Source: a virus
Strand: one strand, 5' to 3'
Length of the DNA stretch: 64,000 nucleotides
IMG/VR virus record: IMGVR_UViG_3300033149_006345
Span: 12,592-76,591 of that record
Position 1 is the stretch's first letter. Each line of letters begins with the position of its first letter. The translations under genes and the position numbers were made by a program. Below are positions 56,681 to 64,000 of this stretch, in pieces. The notes beneath the pieces are model-generated. The model searched no databases, had not been told where the DNA came from, and worked only from the letters and a program-made list of their open reading frames with translations.

Positions 56681-57067
56681 ATGCAGTCGGGTTTGCCTGG
56701 ATATCCTGAGTTGATCTTATGGGCGACGGTTATTCTAATAAACATTGTTGCTCTCCTTCGTTTCTTTAATACGTTTGTGAAGAAGAGCGATTGGTTGCAG
56801 GCGTTGGATGATTGGGAAGAGCATTGCATTAGATGTAAGGAAAATTTAACCCAGAACCAGAAGGATAGCGATATGACCGTAAAAGCTGAACTTGAATCAA
56901 TCAAGGAAATGTTGCGGGTGGTGGATAAAAAAAGCACATTTGTGCAAGTTGTTCAGCTTGAGATGCTAGATGAACTGAATGAAAAATTATCGTTGGGAAT
57001 TTCCGACGATAAGATAAAGCAATTACGCTCCGCCATTATTGGAAACAATAATTCACCACGGGATTAG
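56681..57067 (+). CDS. Single-TM coiled-coil membrane protein
   Basis: N-terminal TM helix followed by a coiled coil. Confidence 0.65.
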   Translation: MQSGLPGYPELILWATVILINIVALLRFFNTFVKKSDWLQALDDWEEHCIRCKENLTQNQKDSDMTVKAELESIKEMLRVVDKKSTFVQVVQLEMLDELNEKLSLGISDDKIKQLRSAIIGNNNSPRD

Positions 57068-57075
57068 CAGGTACC

Positions 57076-57276
57076 ATGAGAAAAGTAAAAGTAAGGCGTT
57101 GTATACAATGCGGTTCTTTATATGGCTGTATAAAAGAAGGAGTTGCTTACAGGTGCGACACCTGTTCTGCCTTTCAGGATGGATGCTCTATACGATTGAA
57201 TAAGATGTCGTATGAGAAGGATAATATAACCGGTGGGATCTGTGACACTTGTTGGAAGTCACGAGGGAGGAAATAG
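57076..57276 (+). CDS. Small zinc-finger protein
   Basis: CIQC, CDTC, TGGICDTC. Confidence 0.65.
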   Translation: MRKVKVRRCIQCGSLYGCIKEGVAYRCDTCSAFQDGCSIRLNKMSYEKDNITGGICDTCWKSRGRK

Positions 57277-58224
57277 CTTGGCGAATTCAACAGGTGTAAG
57301 ATCAGCCGGGTCCTTGTCATACGGTAATAAGATAGGAATGATATCCTGTTGGATATCTACTTGCTGGTAATGGAACCAACTGTCGTTGTCGAACATGGTA
57401 TAAACGGTTGGCGGGTGAAGTTTTTCTATCAACGCCAATTGACTATGTGTTGGATTGTTTGAGAACAATGCAAGTGCTTGCGTATCCTTTATCCCATTTC
57501 GCCTCAGATTGTAATCCGTAATCACCTTGTCGATAATACCTTCTACCAGGATTATTGGTATTCCTGGTTTGCTTTTTTCTATCCCAAACATGGTGTTTTT
57601 CAATGGTGCCCCTTTTGGGTGGGTTATGTATTTCAAGTGCGCTTTCAGGGTGACATCCCGCTGTTGGTATGCTATTAGATTTCCTTGTGTATCTCTGACT
57701 GGCATAATCAGGCGTTTGCTTTTGTGATCATATTTGAATCCCCATTCTTTGCATGTGCTTATTGTTATTCTTCTCTTTCGCAAAAATTTGGCCAGAATCG
57801 GGTATTGAAGAACAGTCTTTCCGGTGATTGGAACACCTGGTAATTGGATTTTATCCTTCTTCTTTTCCTGTTGCTTTTTATCGGTATTCTCCTCTGCAAG
57901 AATATTTTCCACTTCCTCTTCCAAATCCATGTCTTCTGATAAGGAATAGAGGTTTCTGAAATTTTTTATTAAAGATACGGCGGCTTCCAGCGATATATGC
58001 TCGTGCTTCATTATCAGTTTCAAAATGGTTCCTGTAGTACCACAAACCCAACACCTGATTCCTTTGTTTTCGAGACTTACCCCCAGGTGATTATTTGTGG
58101 CACCGCACCAAGGGCAGGTATCTATACCGATCCATCCTGCCCCAATATTTTTTCCTTCCGTGCTGTATGGTATTTCCAGCTCATCCAGGAGAGCTTCCAC
58201 ATCGAGGTCATCCAGCCATTCCAT
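57259..58224 (-). CDS. DNA primase (zinc finger plus TOPRIM)
   Basis: CPWC..H..CWVCG, ILVEGIID, FDND, KDPADL. Confidence 0.88.
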   Translation of the reverse strand: MEWLDDLDVEALLDELEIPYSTEGKNIGAGWIGIDTCPWCGATNNHLGVSLENKGIRCWVCGTTGTILKLIMKHEHISLEAAVSLIKNFRNLYSLSEDMDLEEEVENILAEENTDKKQQEKKKDKIQLPGVPITGKTVLQYPILAKFLRKRRITISTCKEWGFKYDHKSKRLIMPVRDTQGNLIAYQQRDVTLKAHLKYITHPKGAPLKNTMFGIEKSKPGIPIILVEGIIDKVITDYNLRRNGIKDTQALALFSNNPTHSQLALIEKLHPPTVYTMFDNDSWFHYQQVDIQQDIIPILLPYDKDPADLTPVEFAKLFPPS

Positions 58225-59638
58225 GTCTGTACTCCTTCATCACTTGTATGGCGGCTACCAGAGGTAGTCTTTCCCGAAACCATCCACGATGTTCATATAC
58301 TTTTCTCTTCTTCTCGCTTTGTTTGGCGAATGTATATCCAAGATGGTTATAGAAGTCGAAAACCAGGACTCTGTCTTTGCCTTCGACTCTGCGTCTACCT
58401 CTACCGATCTTTTGAGTGAGATTCAGCCAGTAAGTGATCTCGCTTCCAATAATCACCATCTCTAGGTTTGGTATATTTGTCCCTGTGCTGATGGCAGAGG
58501 TTGCCAATAGACAATATACCTGCTTGTTGTCCACTTCTCTTTTATATCTCTTTCTTTCCTCTGCTGTTGTATCCCCTGTAATGATTCTGAATGGAACTTT
58601 CCTTTGGGATAGAAAAGAGGCTATCTGCTCCAATTGCTGTTTCTTTTCTACGAGCATTATGGTGCTCAGTTTCAGCTTATGAGCATGGGCGCAAAGTCTT
58701 GCGATTACTCGATTGCGTTGTTTATTCAGCCAGATGTTTTCCTTTACACTTATTTGATACGAATACGCCGGTTGCACTTCGCCATAATAATCTATCATAT
58801 AGACATCCACCGGTGTTACTCTCTCGGACACTTCCTCTTCGGAAATGATAGCAATTGGTTTGCTGAATATACCTTCTATAAGAAGCCGTTCCTCCGGCTT
58901 TAGTGGAAGTGTTCCAGTAAAGCCATATCTGTAATGAACATTGGTTAGTTGGTCCATTATGATCTTGTAACTGGTGCATTTGGAATGCTGTACCTCATCG
59001 ACTAGGACCATGTCGAACAGTTGGTTCAACTCAGATAAATCATAACGCACTAAGGTTTGATACATGGCTATTGTGATCGGTGCTATTTTTCTATGGGAGT
59101 CCCCAAGTAAGCCTATATCCTGTTCATCTACTTTTAGCAACCGGATCAACTCCGTTTGCGTCTGGTAAAAAACGTCCCTGTTTGGAACAATGATGAGCGT
59201 TGCTGGAAAATCATAAGCAATGATTGTAGAAGCAATGAGTATGGTTTTGCCGCTGGCAGTAGGGGCGATGATTATTCCCCGTTTGTGCTTTATGATTTCC
59301 CGTATTGCCTTTCTCTGATATTTGGTGAGTTTTACCCCTCCCAATCGCTTGACTAGGATAGGTTCATAATCCTCTATTTCTGGAGCTTTTTCTATATGTA
59401 AAACATATCCTTCCTTTCTCAATTTATGTTGTGCTGTGGGTATAAGCCCCACAGGGAATTTTCCTGTCTGTCTATCCAGATAAGATTTTATTTGCGGCTG
59501 TGTGCTCTTGTAATGTAGTTGGGTATATGACAAAGCCTTCCATATTGGGTCATAGGATCGGCTGTCTATAACTTTGGCATTGGTGGCGTCAACTATTTCT
59601 ATCGGGATCATCTTTTTATCTTTCTTCCGTTCAGTCAT
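58208..59638 (-). CDS. SF2 DNA helicase (UvsW/XPB-like)
   Basis: YQ, APTASGKT, DEVQH, GFTGT, QKIGRGRR. Confidence 0.9.
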   Translation of the reverse strand: MTERKKDKKMIPIEIVDATNAKVIDSRSYDPIWKALSYTQLHYKSTQPQIKSYLDRQTGKFPVGLIPTAQHKLRKEGYVLHIEKAPEIEDYEPILVKRLGGVKLTKYQRKAIREIIKHKRGIIIAPTASGKTILIASTIIAYDFPATLIIVPNRDVFYQTQTELIRLLKVDEQDIGLLGDSHRKIAPITIAMYQTLVRYDLSELNQLFDMVLVDEVQHSKCTSYKIIMDQLTNVHYRYGFTGTLPLKPEERLLIEGIFSKPIAIISEEEVSERVTPVDVYMIDYYGEVQPAYSYQISVKENIWLNKQRNRVIARLCAHAHKLKLSTIMLVEKKQQLEQIASFLSQRKVPFRIITGDTTAEERKRYKREVDNKQVYCLLATSAISTGTNIPNLEMVIIGSEITYWLNLTQKIGRGRRRVEGKDRVLVFDFYNHLGYTFAKQSEKKRKVYEHRGWFRERLPLVAAIQVMKEYRHGMAG

Positions 59639-61040
59639 TTTGTTCCACCCAATCGAAGAGGTTTTGTGTTTCATCATCCCATGATGTATTGATCAAGCGA
59701 CTCTCCAGATGGAATTGCCCCCTGGAAAGGTCTCTCACCACCTGGATTTGTGCCCCTTTGGGCGCTTCTCTCACCACCCCAAGGTATATCCTGGCGAGAT
59801 TGTTTCTTTCCTCGACATCGGTTTGGCAAATCGCTGGAATGATGTCGGCGTAGCCGACGGTATCAATGTCATCTGCGATCATATCCGGGGTTAGGACGGG
59901 TGACCGCATTGCACGTCTGTTCCCTTGCTGGGCTGAGAAAACGGCAATCCCTCTTTCTGTTGCTATTTTCACTAAACCCAAGCAGTTTTCGCTTATTTTC
60001 TCTTTCCTGGATTGATTATGTGATGTTCCTCGCATGTTTCTCAAATAATCCACACACACAAAGTCGGGAGTATACCCATTCGATAATTCGAGTTCATCCA
60101 GGAACATCTCTATATCCCGCCAGTTTTTGGTGTTACCTGGTGCTGAGGCGATAATGAGATCACCGCCATATTTGCGTAAAGTTTTCCTGAATTTGTAAAC
60201 CAAATCTATATCATAGATGGTGCCAACCTGTTGTTTTCTCTTTACCCATTTCCTTCCCCTTTTCACCAGGACATCCTGCTCATTTTTATGCGAACCGCTC
60301 AAAAATCCTGCGGTTTGGTCCAATCTCCCGGAGATTCTGTAGCGATGCAACTCCAGAGAGATAAAGACTCCTTTCAATCCTTGAAGCAGTCCGGCATGTG
60401 TCATGCTTATAAGCCCGAAACTCTTGCCGGATTTCGGTGTTCCCAGCCATACCACCACTTCACCACGTCTGATGCCGCCTATTATCTCATCCATAGGCTC
60501 AATCATAGTCTTCATTAGGTAAGGGTCACCTCGAAGCCTTTCTAGAATGCTCTCCTGCTCGGTAAAATAGTTGAAGTACTGAAATGTCTTTCCGGTTTCC
60601 CTTTTGAGGGCGTTTAATATTACTTTCTCTGCTTCGTCATGTTTATTGTTTTTTATGAGCTTAGCGCATTCCAGTATGGCTTCTTCGAGACGAAAATGCC
60701 TGATCGCCTCAAAGACTCTGTCGAGGATGAAAGCGGTATTTACCTCCTTTATATCTTTGATATGCCCAATATAATCTATATAGAGGTCATGCTTGCTCTC
60801 TGGAATATTATTAAGCATTTCCTCAAAGAGATCATAGAAGTGATCCTTTGGGGCTTCTTTGTATTGATCCACATAATCATAGAGCAGTTTCGCAATTTGT
60901 ATCCGTACAGGTGATCTAAACAGTTCTACAGGGAATTCGCTCCTTATTTTGCGTAAAAATTCGGTGTTGGTGATGCAACCGAATATAATGGTATTGAGAA
61001 AATGGTTATTGAACTTGAGCGGTCGATGTGCCTTTTCCAC
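59631..61040 (-). CDS. Replicative DnaB-like helicase
   Basis: GGIRRGE, GTPKSGKS, FISLEL, VDYL, SAQQGNR. Confidence 0.9.
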   Translation of the reverse strand: MEKAHRPLKFNNHFLNTIIFGCITNTEFLRKIRSEFPVELFRSPVRIQIAKLLYDYVDQYKEAPKDHFYDLFEEMLNNIPESKHDLYIDYIGHIKDIKEVNTAFILDRVFEAIRHFRLEEAILECAKLIKNNKHDEAEKVILNALKRETGKTFQYFNYFTEQESILERLRGDPYLMKTMIEPMDEIIGGIRRGEVVVWLGTPKSGKSFGLISMTHAGLLQGLKGVFISLELHRYRISGRLDQTAGFLSGSHKNEQDVLVKRGRKWVKRKQQVGTIYDIDLVYKFRKTLRKYGGDLIIASAPGNTKNWRDIEMFLDELELSNGYTPDFVCVDYLRNMRGTSHNQSRKEKISENCLGLVKIATERGIAVFSAQQGNRRAMRSPVLTPDMIADDIDTVGYADIIPAICQTDVEERNNLARIYLGVVREAPKGAQIQVVRDLSRGQFHLESRLINTSWDDETQNLFDWVEQND

Positions 61041-61060
61041 ATTATAACCTCCGCGAGCTA

Positions 61061-61435
61061 TTAGCTTTCGTTATGCAGATCGCTCAGACTGAATGCCAAT
61101 AGGTCACCTTTTTGGCTTGTTACAGGGACTACGCTGTATATGACTGTAGGACTCAACTTTTTTTCACAGGCGACGGCATCAAATCGAATGCTGTAGGAAT
61201 ATTGCATTACGTCAGTTGTTGAGTCGGAAGGTATTGTGGCGTAGCTTATATAGGATATTTCTCCTGTGATGGTTACCTCTCCAATCTTTTCTCCTCTGTG
61301 TTTCAATGGAAAGACAGAGAGAAATCCACTAATGATGTTCGGGTGGGGTGAAACCCATCCATGGTACTGCATATCTTTTCGGGCATTCTTAATAATCTCT
61401 TTTCCCATCCAAGAGACATCTGCATATGCTAACAT
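61061..61435 (-). CDS. Hypothetical protein
   Basis: AAGGAGG RBS. Confidence 0.65.
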   Translation of the reverse strand: MLAYADVSWMGKEIIKNARKDMQYHGWVSPHPNIISGFLSVFPLKHRGEKIGEVTITGEISYISYATIPSDSTTDVMQYSYSIRFDAVACEKKLSPTVIYSVVPVTSQKGDLLAFSLSDLHNES

Positions 61436-61449
61436 ATCTTCCCCTCCTT

Positions 61450-61713
61450 TTATTGATAATGTTCTGGTTGAAATGTTGGTGGTGTCTTCAACAATTCCTC
61501 TTCGCTTTGTTCATCTTCTGCTACAAAACGGATTCCCGGGTAAATTTGTTTTAACCATACCTGTTGTCTGCAATCTATATTTTCACAAATGTGTTCATAT
61601 AAGGGTGGGGATACAGATTTTGACACACCTGTGTGTACAACAGGCGCCTTTCCGCAAACATCACAGATATAAATAATTCTATACGGAACAACTTTGGCTG
61701 ATTTTTCCGGCAT
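61450..61713 (-). CDS. Zinc-ribbon protein
   Basis: YICDVCG..YEHIC..C..YP. Confidence 0.7.
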   Translation of the reverse strand: MPEKSAKVVPYRIIYICDVCGKAPVVHTGVSKSVSPPLYEHICENIDCRQQVWLKQIYPGIRFVAEDEQSEEELLKTPPTFQPEHYQ

Positions 61714-61714
61714 T

Positions 61715-62620
61715 TTATTCCCCTTCGCATTCCAGCAAGGGTCTCACCCTCGCCAGATCGACAATGATGCTTTTGAATGAATAAATCTGACAAAACCTTG
61801 TAAAATTCTCCCAATCTATCTCCGGTTTCCTCATGGGCAAGTTCTTCATCTTTTTGCCCATGTACGGTATTTTTGTTAGGGTGTAATAGAAAACAATATC
61901 TTTCAAATTGTCTCTTATCTTCTTGCAATAAGTGGGCAATTCATCAAAGTTGTCTTTTCCCTCACATTGCTGTATGTAGACTATTGCCCGCTTTTCGCCA
62001 ATGCCGGGAACTCCGGGGATTGTATCGCTGCGACAGCCACCGATGGCTTTGACCAAAGCCCATTTTTCAGGGGGTATTTTATAGTTCGTAATAAAATCTT
62101 CTCTGGTTATCGTCTTGGGCTTGTTCCCCAGCTTGTAAATAATAACATTCTTTGTCAACAGTTGGAATATATCTTCATCGTTTGTCACGATTACGAAGTT
62201 GGTATCCGGGTTTTGCACCACGTAGCTTCCGAATATATCATCCGCCTCGTAACCAGGTGAAAGATAAGATGGGAGACCGCATTCACCCAGGTAGTACCTC
62301 AGTTTCTTGGATGCTTTACTTATTGCCTTTATCAGTTCCAATTGCGTTGCCGATATGTCGTCTCTTCTTTTGTATCCCGGAAAGGCGATTCTGCGATAGC
62401 TGTGACGGCTGTCCCAACATAAGACATAAGTATAGGGTTGCAACGCTTGCTTTCCATGTTTGATCCCTTTTAGAAGAGAGAGCAATGTCTTCAAGAATCC
62501 ATAGAAGATTCTTATTTCCAGCTCCTTCTCAGAGGTGAAAGTCAACCCGTATGCCGATCTGTAGCACAGAAACTTGGCGTCAATCAGAAATATGCTCTTT
62601 CTAGGACTGGATTTCTTCAT
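61715..62620 (-). CDS. 5'-3' exonuclease / flap endonuclease
   Basis: LID..YR, CWD..YRR..YK, YEADD, TNDED..QL, SDTIPGVPGIGEKRA. Confidence 0.92.
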   Translation of the reverse strand: MKKSSPRKSIFLIDAKFLCYRSAYGLTFTSEKELEIRIFYGFLKTLLSLLKGIKHGKQALQPYTYVLCWDSRHSYRRIAFPGYKRRDDISATQLELIKAISKASKKLRYYLGECGLPSYLSPGYEADDIFGSYVVQNPDTNFVIVTNDEDIFQLLTKNVIIYKLGNKPKTITREDFITNYKIPPEKWALVKAIGGCRSDTIPGVPGIGEKRAIVYIQQCEGKDNFDELPTYCKKIRDNLKDIVFYYTLTKIPYMGKKMKNLPMRKPEIDWENFTRFCQIYSFKSIIVDLARVRPLLECEGE

Positions 62621-62975
62621 GGGTTATCCCTCGGAAGCGGTATACTTTTCGGGGAAGTTGCCGTGCCCTGCCCTTATGAGAAATTTTTTCTACCTCTAGG
62701 ATGCCCCATTCCGCCAGCAACCGTAAGTTGTAGAACAAAGCCCTCGCCGAGCATGATGTCAGTTCCGCAATGTCTTTGTCTTTGATAGCAACACGTCTAG
62801 CGCCATTCATTGTCAAGCGACGAAACAACCAATACAGGTTTTGAGCCTTTCGGCTCATTTTCATTTCCACCATGCTTCTTTCGGTATCTATTTTCTTCTT
62901 TACCGGTTCTACCGAATACGTCTTCTTCTTGGTTTTTGGATCGTCTAAATTTACAATCACATAATCCCTGCCCAT
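62601..62975 (-). CDS. Winged-helix DNA-binding protein
   Basis: DIAELTSCSARALFYNLRLLAEWGIL. Confidence 0.75.
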   Translation of the reverse strand: MGRDYVIVNLDDPKTKKKTYSVEPVKKKIDTERSMVEMKMSRKAQNLYWLFRRLTMNGARRVAIKDKDIAELTSCSARALFYNLRLLAEWGILEVEKISHKGRARQLPRKVYRFRGITHEEIQS

Positions 62976-62987
62976 AGGTTCACCTCC

Positions 62988-63644
62988 TTATTCTATTTTT
63001 TCGACTATTGCTTTGTCTTCCTTTTTTGTTATGAAATAAGTACGACCGGCGGTCTGGTATATCTCTTCGGCATGTGTGGTTATGATCATTTGAATACCCA
63101 AGGCGCTTTGGAGTTCATTTACCAACTTCATTGCCTCATTGAGATTTGGCTTTGCCAGTGTTCTGAATGGCTCGTCATAAAACTGTACCGGAGCTGTACG
63201 CTCCATTTGAATGCTCCACAGAAAGAGCATCGACGCCAAGGAAATAATCTCTTCAGCAGAACCACCAACCGTATCTACGGTCGGCAACAAAGGCACCGCT
63301 TGTTGCTTTCCTTCTTGAAGGAAAAAATCGAGTTCTGGCTGATTTCTCCTGGTCTCAAACTTGGCTATAAACTTCAATGGTTGATCCGTTGGTATAGCCG
63401 CCAAAACCAGAGATACCGAGCTGCTCAGCATGTCCGCCGTGTTCTGTTGGGTTATTTTTGCAGCTTCGGTGAATATTTCCCTGGCGATAACCCATTGATC
63501 CCTTCTTTTCTTTTGTATGGTTAACTGTCTCAGCTTTTTGATATTCTCCCTCTTTAGGTTGTTATACTGCTCCTTCTTCGCCAGGAAATTGACCTTCAGC
63601 CTCTCAAATTGCTCTATAGTTGGTGCCTTCTTGTTCAACAGCAC
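62988..63644 (-). CDS. SbcC/Rad50-like ABC ATPase, C-terminal half only
   Basis: Coiled coil, GGS signature-like, FYDEPF Walker B, IITTH; no Walker A. Confidence 0.75.
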   Translation of the reverse strand: MLLNKKAPTIEQFERLKVNFLAKKEQYNNLKRENIKKLRQLTIQKKRRDQWVIAREIFTEAAKITQQNTADMLSSSVSLVLAAIPTDQPLKFIAKFETRRNQPELDFFLQEGKQQAVPLLPTVDTVGGSAEEIISLASMLFLWSIQMERTAPVQFYDEPFRTLAKPNLNEAMKLVNELQSALGIQMIITTHAEEIYQTAGRTYFITKKEDKAIVEKIE

Positions 63645-63897
63645 TTTGAATCTCCTCTAATGCCTCTTCCATCTGGTCCAACTCTTCCTGCAACTCTGCT
63701 TCGAGCCTTGCGATTTCCTTTTCCAATTTAGCCAGCTTCTTTTGCCCCTCTTCCAACGAGGTTATTTTATACGCCTTCAACTCCTTCAAATAAAATTCTT
63801 CCTCTGTTTTGGCTCTATCCACCAAAGCCTGCAATCTTTCCAGTTTTTTGTTTAAGTGCAATAATCTTTGTTCCGCCCCTGATTTACTCGTTACCAT
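63604..63897 (-). CDS. Coiled-coil protein
   Basis: Heptad pattern; GGAGGT RBS. Confidence 0.7.
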   Translation of the reverse strand: MVTSKSGAEQRLLHLNKKLERLQALVDRAKTEEEFYLKELKAYKITSLEEGQKKLAKLEKEIARLEAELQEELDQMEEALEEIQSAVEQEGTNYRAI

Positions 63898-64000
63898 AAC
63901 TCCCCCACCTCCTGGTTAAATAGGTCTTTATACATGCTATAATCCACCGCCTCCTTGATCCTTTCTACTACCTGTTTGGTTACCTTTTTCTCCTTTTGCA
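63891..64000 (-). CDS. 3' end of a gene truncated by the window edge (..QKEKKVTKQVVERIKEAVDYSMYKDLFNQEVGELW)
   Basis: Frame open to a TAA at 63891-63893 overlapping the next start; product unknown. Confidence 0.5.
   Translation of the reverse strand, partial: QKEKKVTKQVVERIKEAVDYSMYKDLFNQEVGELW

Noticed and set aside
1-64000. Alternative genetic code
   Set aside because: Conserved genes are full length under the standard code, and all three stop codons end genes at sensible positions.

Overview
About 64 kb of a tailed dsDNA phage (siphovirus-like, HK97 fold). No host genes, integrase, tRNA or CRISPR array are seen, and the genome continues past the right edge. Layout: (1) 1-3.2 kb, two small + strand genes, a terminator and ~1.7 kb of repeat-rich non-coding DNA. 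(2) 3.1-14.5 kb, a - strand early/accessory operon (Macro-SLOG fusion, MT-A70 methylase, ThyA, Nmad1, replication initiator containing a hairpin cluster). (3) 14.7-57.3 kb, a + strand late operon: TerS, intein-containing TerL, SAM decarboxylase, portal, protease/scaffold, capsid, head-tail, tail with a classic A AAA AAG frameshift, tape measure, tail tip, lysis. (4) 57.3-64 kb, a - strand replication/recombination module (primase, SF2 helicase, DnaB, 5'-3' exonuclease, SbcC-like). The standout is a ~16 kb block of 20 ORFs between the capsid genes and the head-tail connector. It encodes 13 apparently soluble glycosyltransferases, 3 methyltransferases (one fused to a kinase-like domain) and a sulfotransferase-like protein, with no flippase, polymerase or sugar-biosynthesis genes. 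Its first glycosyltransferase has no canonical start codon for its N-terminal domain and overlaps a small post-capsid gene in the -1 frame. This suggests a frameshift-tethered virion glycosylation system. All family calls are from motif recognition by eye; no database searches were run.
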